Positions 9,187 through 16,844 of a stretch of 64,000 nt of DNA are shown one piece after another (the first letter of the stretch is position 1; the number at the start of each line of letters is the position of its first letter). The DNA comes from Candidatus Zhuqueibacterota bacterium (GTDB lineage: Bacteria; Zhuqueibacterota; QNDG01; JABMRT01): assembly GCA_013202295.1 (NCBI GenBank), contig JABMRT010000292.1, forward strand, positions 12,486 through 76,485, in the 5' to 3' direction. Under the pieces are notes generated by a model, which did no database searches, was not told the origin of the DNA, and saw only the letters and a program-made list of their open reading frames with translations. The translations under genes were made by a program, and so were the position numbers.

Positions 9187-10529
9187 TCACCTCTAATTGA
9201 GACAATCGAATCCGGTGGAACCACATAGCTCATTCCTTGAATCCTTTTAATCAGAGTCCTACTCTTATCGGCGTGACGGACTCCCCTGTCTGGTGAGAGC
9301 GTGGTGATAACAGATTTGCCGATGATCTTCCGCCCTTCCTTACCCCAGAAACTTTTCGTCCGCAATCCCCAGGGATTGTGAAAAACCAGAGGACGATTTT
9401 GATCGTGGCCGATGTAAAGCATGATATGTCCCGGATACCACAGCAATGTCAGAAACGGTATCCCCTTTTCAAGAATGATATTCTCTTTATCCCGTATGGA
9501 CAATTCTGAAAGATTGATATAATTAAAACCGGCCTGAACCTGATGTGCCGAATGTCTCGGAAGCATGATCCCAAAAGGTGCGAACATATCCTTGATCGTA
9601 GCAGAACAATCCCTATTTTGAAACAGTCCGCCCCAGCCGTAAGACTCACCAATCAGGGCATCTATGATAGAAGCCAAATTGGAATTGGAAAGAACCAATG
9701 GTTTGCATGATGCGGAGGATTTGGGCAGCACAGCGATCATAGGCACTGCTCTCCGATCCGGGAGTGACACCGCGCAAAGAACATGGATGTTCAGGCTGTC
9801 CTCCCCCACTTTCGGAAATATTGATCCAAGCGGCGCGAGATAAAGAGTTCTTCCCTCTGTAGTATAAAGGGGGATTTCATCCCGTGTGACCACGATCAGG
9901 CTATCAGACTGCCATTCTATCATTAAGGATGAATCTACTTCCGCCAGATCCCGAGCGGGCAGCCACCCAGACGCAATATGGGATACCACATAAAACCAGG
10001 ATCGATCCAAAGAGGAATGTGTTAACAAAATCGGCGTGTTCGCCACGATACTGGAAACTTGCAGATAGTCAAAGGGATATCCTTCTCCCGGCAATTCGAA
10101 ATCACGGAATATCGGCTTGTTCGTGGGCAACGCGCGCAGATCGGAGTTGGCAGTGGTGATGCCGGACCAGCCCGCGTTTGGAAAACTGGAAGTGTCCGCA
10201 TTGATCGCTAGGGATGCAACCCATGTCGAATCACGCGGCAGCTTGTTCTCCCCCCAACCGGGTTTGGATTTATAATATTTGATAGAGTTTCTAATTGGCT
10301 TCAATGAAACGCTATCCGGTTCAAGATACCACGGCGCGAAGTACAGCAAATCATATTTCTGATCCATATGTTTTTGAAGCCCGGTAGAAATCAAGGGAAT
10401 TTCAGCCGTATCTGAATCGAGGTAGGCACGACCCTCTTGCGGCAGGGTGCGCACATCCTGAATCAGCAGTGGCCCCGGTGCGCAGCCAAGCAGAGACAAT
10501 AAAATTAATGGAACGAGAAGTTTCTTCAT
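9183..10529 (-). CDS. SH3-domain NlpC/P60 (C40) cell-wall peptidase lipoprotein
   Basis: Lipobox LLGC; YGWGG..RDCS catalytic Cys, GHIMLY His, FHN; start MKKLL at 10529. Confidence 0.88.
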   Translation of the reverse strand: MKKLLVPLILLSLLGCAPGPLLIQDVRTLPQEGRAYLDSDTAEIPLISTGLQKHMDQKYDLLYFAPWYLEPDSVSLKPIRNSIKYYKSKPGWGENKLPRDSTWVASLAINADTSSFPNAGWSGITTANSDLRALPTNKPIFRDFELPGEGYPFDYLQVSSIVANTPILLTHSSLDRSWFYVVSHIASGWLPARDLAEVDSSLMIEWQSDSLIVVTRDEIPLYTTEGRTLYLAPLGSIFPKVGEDSLNIHVLCAVSLPDRRAVPMIAVLPKSSASCKPLVLSNSNLASIIDALIGESYGWGGLFQNRDCSATIKDMFAPFGIMLPRHSAHQVQAGFNYINLSELSIRDKENIILEKGIPFLTLLWYPGHIMLYIGHDQNRPLVFHNPWGLRTKSFWGKEGRKIIGKSVITTLSPDRGVRHADKSRTLIKRIQGMSYVVPPDSIVSIRGE

Positions 10530-10708
10530 TTCAACCCGGATTTTAAAATATTGGATCAGATACAGCATACAAAACACCCGCGACAAAATCAAGCAGATTG
10601 GATTTATCGTTGTTTGCAGTTCCTGATTTCCCTATATTGCATGCATTCGTATCCAAGACTTTATCGTGAAATACCGGAGTTTAGAAAGATTCATGTAAGG
10701 AGATTTAC

Positions 10709-10945
10709 ATGAGAAGAAAAATCCTGTTTTTATTAATAGCTTTCCTCGCTATGAATTGCGACAAAGACAATGTCAAAAACTCCAAACCAGCGACTGCGGA
10801 TCACCGCTAGGAGATGCAGGATTTTGTGCAGGCCATCATTTTCGGAACAGAAAGCGCGTATCTGGATCAAATCCTGAATAGCGGATTTGACGGCGTCTAT
10901 CTCGACATCATCGATGCGTTTGAGTATTTTGAGGAGCAGGAGTAA
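10709..10945 (+). pseudogene. Collapsed remnant of a GH114/TM1410-type (endo-alpha-1,4-polygalactosaminidase-like) lipoprotein
   Basis: AGGAG then ATG 10709: MRRKILFLLIAFLAMNC...ADHR*(TAG 10808-10810)EMQDFVQAIIFGTESAYLDQILNSGFDGVYLDIIDAFEYFEEQE*. Only 78 codons, but both the N-terminal and C-terminal family motifs are present. Confidence 0.75.
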
Positions 10946-11082
10946 ACAAACGACCAATCGGATGCAAAGGAAATCTATGAATCACAGTTGCTTTAGAAAA
11001 AACAACAAACTGAAACGGGGTCATACAACTTCATTGGGTGTTGGACATACATTCTGAACCGTTTTTTTTGGAGGACGCTCTT

Positions 11083-12084
11083 GTGCGCCGCAGCCTGCTA
11101 CTTGTTTTATTGATGAATCTCTCCTGGCTTTCCCTGTCCTGTAATTTGGATGGCTACAACGACCTCGGTGAACTCGTGAATCGATTTACTCAGCTTGGAT
11201 CGAATGCATCCACATATATGCGTACTTTTGTGATGGAATCGGGACCCATGGTAGAGTTGATGACATTCAGCGATCTGCGGGAACCGTACGGGAGTTGTGT
11301 TTCCATGCAGGTAACCGATGAAGGGAATAAAATAGAAGTTGTGTTGAAGCTGGGCACTTTTCAGATTTCGGATGGTCAGATTGAACTTGAGTATAGCCTG
11401 CGCTATTTAAACACATACGTATTTACATCCAGCCCATCAAGCATTTCAGGCGCTACGCAGGATGAACTCTCACCTGAGAAGCATGAGGAGGCTCTGTGGA
11501 ATCATAATAGAGCTGCCGGAATCATTCGGATGGATGGAAAGCTTTATAAAAAGGTCGACAGGATTTTTGAGAACATTCTCTCTCAGGAATCTTCAGACTG
11601 GCCTGATCAGTTCATGAAAATATTTCTTCTCTGTACCATGGCCGCGCATACCCGGATTGAGGGTTTCGGCGGAATCGGCATGCTGCAATACATCAATAAA
11701 ACCACTATTTTTAATGGACTTCTGTTTGGCGAGATGGTGTTTCGCGTTGAGGGATTAACCACACTCACCACCACATTCAATTATACAAATCACAGTGATA
11801 TCGCCTGCGTGGTTTTAAATGGAGATATCATCAATAAGTCAGATTTGAGCGGCACAGGCGAAATGGATGGCGGACTTGCCTTCACCATCGATTGTGGGGA
11901 GAACATTTGGGAGGGCAACGTGGATTACTCCACCATTCGCATCTCGGAAACACTCCCGAACGCGGGTGAATATCGTTTGACTTTCACTGGATCGGATTCG
12001 ACATATACTGCTCCCTACGATTACGGAAATCCAGATCATTTCGATTTGACGGATGTATTGGATCCAAATCCAAATAACTGGTAA
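11083..12084 (+). CDS. Hypothetical lipoprotein
   Basis: GTG start after GGAGG; lipobox LSLSC; 333-aa ORF with no family recognised. Confidence 0.7.
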   Translation: MRRSLLLVLLMNLSWLSLSCNLDGYNDLGELVNRFTQLGSNASTYMRTFVMESGPMVELMTFSDLREPYGSCVSMQVTDEGNKIEVVLKLGTFQISDGQIELEYSLRYLNTYVFTSSPSSISGATQDELSPEKHEEALWNHNRAAGIIRMDGKLYKKVDRIFENILSQESSDWPDQFMKIFLLCTMAAHTRIEGFGGIGMLQYINKTTIFNGLLFGEMVFRVEGLTTLTTTFNYTNHSDIACVVLNGDIINKSDLSGTGEMDGGLAFTIDCGENIWEGNVDYSTIRISETLPNAGEYRLTFTGSDSTYTAPYDYGNPDHFDLTDVLDPNPNNW

Positions 12085-12150
12085 TTTATCAAAGACTGAA
12101 CATTATATTCGAAGTAAAATTGACGAATTAATTATAAGGGAATCTCCACT

Positions 12151-13251
12151 ATGAAAAGACGACACTTTCTAAAAACCAGTGCTGCTTTAGGAGCCGTGAC
12201 CATGACAGGACTAAGCTTGAGCGAAATGGGATGCACCTCCAAAGCCAATATGAAATTCCCACGATATCGCGGATTCAATTTACTGGCCAAATTCAGCGGC
12301 CGTGGTGCAAGAAGAAAATTCAAGGAAGAGGATTTTGAAATCATGGCCGAATGGGGATTCGATTTCGCTCGTATCCCCATGTCGTACTGGAACTGGGCAA
12401 CTCCGGAAGATTGGTACACAATCAATGAGGAAATCCTTGAGGACATCGATGAAGTCATTGAACTGGGCAAGCAATACAACATCCACGTCAATTTGAACTT
12501 TCATCGTGTGCCAGGTTACTGCATCAACGGCCGCGATTTGGAACCGGTAGACCTATTTGACGATACACCCAAAAATATGCAGAAGGCCTTGGATGCAGTT
12601 GTGCATCACTGGAAAGTATTTGCCCAGCGATACAAAGGTATCCCCAGTACTCGTTTGAGCTTTGATTTGATTAACGAACCGCCATCCATGGAAACTGAGA
12701 CACGATACGTGGAGATTATCAAGGCACTGGTTGCTGGCATCCGTGCTGAAGATCCGGATCGATTGATCGTGGCTGACGGCAAAGATGTCGGTCGTACACC
12801 CGTCTATGGTGTGGCAAATCTCGGTCTCATACAAAGCACGCGCGGTTATGATCCCATGAGTGTCAGCCATTATACCGCCGGATGGGTACCCAAAGAGGCA
12901 TTCGAGACATTTAATGAACCCACCTGGCCGCTCAAAGGAGATGATGGTAAAGTATGGGATAAGACCGCACTCAAAGAAAAGCTGATTGATTTATGGAAAC
13001 CACTGACAGATCAGGGTGTGTCCGTGCATGTGGGTGAATGGGGATGTTATAACAAAACCCCACATGATGTCGCTTTAAGATGGATGCGCGATTTACTTTC
13101 ATTATGGAAAGAAGCTGGCTGGGGCCATGCCATGTGGAATCTGAAAGGATCCTTCGGCGTATTAAACAGCCAGCGAAGTGATGTAAAATACGAAAGCTAC
13201 AAGGGCCATCAACTCGATCGAAAGATGTTGGAACTACTGAAAGAGTTCTAA
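12151..13251 (+). CDS. Glycoside hydrolase family 5, Tat-exported
   Basis: MKRRHFLK Tat signal; RGFNL, LINEP (acid/base) and HVGEWG (nucleophile) motifs. Confidence 0.92.
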   Translation: MKRRHFLKTSAALGAVTMTGLSLSEMGCTSKANMKFPRYRGFNLLAKFSGRGARRKFKEEDFEIMAEWGFDFARIPMSYWNWATPEDWYTINEEILEDIDEVIELGKQYNIHVNLNFHRVPGYCINGRDLEPVDLFDDTPKNMQKALDAVVHHWKVFAQRYKGIPSTRLSFDLINEPPSMETETRYVEIIKALVAGIRAEDPDRLIVADGKDVGRTPVYGVANLGLIQSTRGYDPMSVSHYTAGWVPKEAFETFNEPTWPLKGDDGKVWDKTALKEKLIDLWKPLTDQGVSVHVGEWGCYNKTPHDVALRWMRDLLSLWKEAGWGHAMWNLKGSFGVLNSQRSDVKYESYKGHQLDRKMLELLKEF

Positions 13252-13324
13252 TCAAATTCGATTATTATAAAGACGGATGGTTTAAAAATAATCTATAAAT
13301 GGATGCGGCTTAAGGTACTTAGTC

Positions 13325-14467
13325 CTAAATCAGTTCTTTCAGTACTTCAACGATTCGATCCATTTCATCAATCTGATTTGTACAGTGCGGTGAGAAGCGA
13401 AGCACATCACCGCGAGCCGCTGCGATGATTCCCTGTTCCTGCAATTTCTTTTGAATCGTGTCAGGATTAGAAATTCGGAGGGACACAATCCCGGCGCGTA
13501 AGTTGGGATCTTTAGGTGTGAGAAGTTGGACTGGCAATTCTTTCAATGCCTCAATCAGCTGTGTTGTCAATGCCTCTATCCTGGTGTGGATTTGCACAAC
13601 ATCCAAATCAACGAACTTATTGAGGATGGTCTCCGCAACGCTGAAACCCATGAAATTCTGCCCACCGACCGTAAATTTATCAGCAGACTCCAGAAAATCG
13701 AGATTATAATCCAGCATGTTCCATGCATTTTTTACAGAGACCCACCCCGCGTATGCGGGTTGAAGCTGATCGAGTAGACGTGGACTGACATACAGAAATC
13801 CCGTGCCCATCGGCCACATCAGCCATTTATGTCCACCACAGGCCCAGCCATCAACCTGCCATTTCTGAACGTCGATTGGACAGACTCCTGTGCCTTGAAT
13901 TCCGTCAACGATGAAAAAGATGTTTTGATCCCGGCAAAGCTGACCGATGGCTTCCAGATCCGCGCGAAATCCAGTGAGAAATTGCACAAAGCTAATGGAG
14001 AGCATTCGTGTATTCGGGTGCAATTGTTTGTGGATCATTTCGGGTGTGATTTGAGAATTCACCGGTTCGATCCAATCAATGAGGACACCCTGTTTTTCGA
14101 GATTCAGAAAGGGATAGATATTGGTTGGAAATTCATCCCGGATGAGGAGGATGTGGTCACCTGGCTTCCATTTTAGCCCCGTAGCAATGGCGTTCAGCCC
14201 ATACCCCGTATTCGGCATAAGTACGATTTGATCCGCACTCTCTGCATGGATCAATCCGGTAATTTGGAATTTCAGCCGCTGCATCTTCTCCAGAATATCC
14301 GGATACACATCCACAGGAAAATGCGCACGGTTCTCCCAGTATTTTTGCAAGACATCTCGGGTTAGTGTGGAGAATGGAGATACCGCCGCGTGATTGACAT
14401 AAATACCTTCATCGTATGCGGGAAATATTTTTCTGAATGTCTGGAATTGATCTTGGATTTTATTCAT
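13325..14467 (-). CDS. Aminotransferase class V / cysteine desulfurase-like PLP enzyme
   Basis: YVNHAAVSP, VDGIQG and GGHKWL (PLP lysine); the start is probably MNKIQ at 14467. Confidence 0.88.
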   Translation of the reverse strand: MNKIQDQFQTFRKIFPAYDEGIYVNHAAVSPFSTLTRDVLQKYWENRAHFPVDVYPDILEKMQRLKFQITGLIHAESADQIVLMPNTGYGLNAIATGLKWKPGDHILLIRDEFPTNIYPFLNLEKQGVLIDWIEPVNSQITPEMIHKQLHPNTRMLSISFVQFLTGFRADLEAIGQLCRDQNIFFIVDGIQGTGVCPIDVQKWQVDGWACGGHKWLMWPMGTGFLYVSPRLLDQLQPAYAGWVSVKNAWNMLDYNLDFLESADKFTVGGQNFMGFSVAETILNKFVDLDVVQIHTRIEALTTQLIEALKELPVQLLTPKDPNLRAGIVSLRISNPDTIQKKLQEQGIIAAARGDVLRFSPHCTNQIDEMDRIVEVLKELI

Positions 14468-14586
14468 AAATGGGAACCTATAACGGCCAGGCTCTGAGGC
14501 GCGGCCAAATGATCGCCCAAAGATTCCTATCTTTGGGTGTAATAAGCTGGAGGATTCTATCCTCCCCAAAAAAATTCGATCAAATT

Positions 14587-15279
14587 TTAGAAAAACGTTT
14601 TAAATCCAAATACAAATCTTATTCTTGAAGGATATATCGGATCGTCATTGTTTTCTCCAAAAAATGAATCTTTTTCATCTGTATATCCCAAAGTGACACA
14701 CTCATTTTCTGTGAGCCAAAATTCAATATCATTACCATACCCATATACCATTCGTTCATCTGTAATATTATGATCATTATTTTTTGCCGGAATTGTATAC
14801 ATCGCTTTTAAATGCCAGGAAAAACTTATAAAGTTTAAAAGAACTGGCGAACCGAAGGCAATTTTCCCATAAACTCCATAACCGGATGATTTATAAAAAG
14901 TCAAATCATCTTTAAAAACAGTCTCATCATTAAACATTTGCACACCAGTACTTATTCCAAATCTATAATCTTTCCTTTTTCCAATATAATCTCTGGTTAA
15001 TGATGCCCATGGTTTTTTACTTGTTCTAAACATATAACCTATTTCAAAATTTAAAGTATAATGAGTGCCTGTTTTAGCTCCTAAAAATAAACCAGATCCC
15101 CAATTTAAAGCATCACCTGGTGCATCAGAATTATTATCAACTTGTTCAGTATAGATTTTATCCAACCTTGTTTCAAGTGAATCAATTTTCTGCTGTAGCA
15201 TTTCGTAATTATCTTCTGCATATAAATTAGATAGCCATACAATACTGAATAAAAATATGATTGTACTTTTCGTCTTCAT
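14587..15279 (-). CDS. AT-rich hypothetical exported protein (possible small beta-barrel), beginning right after the last attC
   Basis: Signal peptide, short coiled coil, aromatic-rich strands and terminal Phe; a spot count gave 25% GC. Confidence 0.7.
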   Translation of the reverse strand: MKTKSTIIFLFSIVWLSNLYAEDNYEMLQQKIDSLETRLDKIYTEQVDNNSDAPGDALNWGSGLFLGAKTGTHYTLNFEIGYMFRTSKKPWASLTRDYIGKRKDYRFGISTGVQMFNDETVFKDDLTFYKSSGYGVYGKIAFGSPVLLNFISFSWHLKAMYTIPAKNNDHNITDERMVYGYGNDIEFWLTENECVTLGYTDEKDSFFGENNDDPIYPSRIRFVFGFKTFF

Positions 15280-15305
15280 TTTTTCTCCCTTATTTTCGTT
15301 TTCAT

Positions 15306-15425
15306 GTATAACGTTTGTTTGACCGGTTGAAAAACAAATGAATATGCCCTTAAAGAAGTGTTTCCAATAACCTGTAATAGAAAAGAAGTAACGTTTTTCA
15401 ATCCGCGTTGAAACATAGGTTATAC
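15306..15425 (-). mobile_element. Integron attC site (attC-3)
   Basis: Minus strand: R'' GTATAAC-CTATG-TTTCAACGCGGATTGAAAAAC ... GTTTTTCAACCGGTCAAAC-AAAC-R' GTTATAC; 120 bp, downstream of a co-oriented gene. Confidence 0.8.
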
Positions 15426-15492
15426 AGTGCCGGCCAAATCCTGTTCATTAATGTCTTATACTATTTTTTTAATTAATTTGTCTACAATACTT

Positions 15493-16386
15493 CTAGTGCC
15501 CTGTAGGTCCATCAATACATATAATGACTTTTACAGGTAGATGGTCCGATCCCACAATATCTTCTTGTCCGGTAGAAGTCCATTGGTTCTCAACGCGACC
15601 GATGTCGTCAATTAATTCCACGCTTCCATCTGTGGGTATCCAAATAAAATCTACCCCTTCTCCATACTGTGCGTAACCTTTATCTTTAAATCTTTGAGCT
15701 TCATTACTATTTGCACTTGCATTAAAATCGCAGGTGAATATATGAGGATAAGCTTGTTCGTCATCTGCTATATTGAAAATTTCCGTAATCTCGTTATACC
15801 TGGTGGTAGTATTCTCATAATGAAGATGAAAATCATAAAGAGTTAATAATGTTCCTCCTCCAAGATCAACATCTATCCTTAAAAGTTCGTCATCTCCTGA
15901 GGGCATCTCACTTTCATCATAATAATGACTGTAGGTGATCGGGAACTTGCTAAACGCACCCAGCCAGTGCCATCTACCTTTGTTGGGACAGAAATAATAC
16001 ATTCCTAATCGCTCAGCTAATTCTGCCATGATTTCCGGACTATGATCATCTATGCCGAAACCAGAACCAGTATTTGGTCCATTAGAATTTTCCTGGAGAC
16101 AAATTACATCTGCGTCCAGCGAATTTAATACATTTTCCCAGAAATCATAAAATGCCAAGCCATTAGCTACTATGCTCATATCCGGCACCCAATCTTTTTC
16201 CATATACGGTCCACTGGCGCTCCCGGAGCCTGCCCCTCCATGCCCCAGCCAATGTTTAATATTATAGCTTACTACTTTGACTTCTGTACTCTCTTGACCA
16301 TTTACTGTAAATGGAAAGAGGGTAAAAAGTAATAACCCGGCTGATCCCAGAATTGTTGCCACCATTTTTTTTCTTTTTCTTATCAT
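15493..16386 (-). CDS. Endonuclease/exonuclease/phosphatase (EEP) family protein, cassette-borne
   Basis: SYNIK, LQE, FHLH, CDFN, VDFI and SDHLP motifs; N-terminal signal/TM; start MIRKRKK at 16386 after GAGAGG. Confidence 0.85.
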   Translation of the reverse strand: MIRKRKKMVATILGSAGLLLFTLFPFTVNGQESTEVKVVSYNIKHWLGHGGAGSGSASGPYMEKDWVPDMSIVANGLAFYDFWENVLNSLDADVICLQENSNGPNTGSGFGIDDHSPEIMAELAERLGMYYFCPNKGRWHWLGAFSKFPITYSHYYDESEMPSGDDELLRIDVDLGGGTLLTLYDFHLHYENTTTRYNEITEIFNIADDEQAYPHIFTCDFNASANSNEAQRFKDKGYAQYGEGVDFIWIPTDGSVELIDDIGRVENQWTSTGQEDIVGSDHLPVKVIICIDGPTGH

Positions 16387-16593
16387 TTTGACCTCTCTTT
16401 TCAAAACGCAATATCTCCATTGCCATCTCACGCGATTATGGTTACACTTAAATTTGACATCCACACAATTACAGATGCCACTATGGCATAGCAAGATATT
16501 CTATTCATAATTTTACTCTTATTATAATCTAAATTTATAAATGTCTACCAAGTCTTTTTTTCACAGGGATATATGAATAATATTCTTCCATTC

Positions 16594-16691
16594 CCATAAC
16601 GTCTGTTTCAGGGGATTTAAACGCTCGACAAAACATCAAAATGCGAAGAAAGTGGACGCGTTTAAATTCCGACTCCAACCGCTGGTTATAC
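16594..16691 (-). mobile_element. Integron attC site (attC-2)
   Basis: Minus strand: R'' GTATAAC-CAGCG-GTTGGAGTCGGAATTTAAACGC ... GCGTTTAAATCCCCTGAAAC-AGAC-R' GTTATGG; 98 bp. Confidence 0.85.
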
Positions 16692-16844
16692 GCGATGAAG
16701 CCAAAAAATTACACCATAAGCATGAACGTTGAGTATATGAAGCTTTGGGAATTTCAAAATACCCTACTTTCAAATCCCTATGTCCTTTATTTACATTTAC
16801 TTTCGATTCACCACGTATATGTGCTACATGATTGGAAATCTCTA

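Noticed and set aside
10808-10810. Amber (pyrrolysine or recoded) read-through in the small lipoprotein ORF
   Set aside because: Many genes here end in TAG, and the ORF has also lost most of its length, so simple decay is more parsimonious.
14549-14574. GGAGGAT/ATCCTCC hairpin as a terminator
   Set aside because: The T-run is on the wrong side of the stem for either strand.
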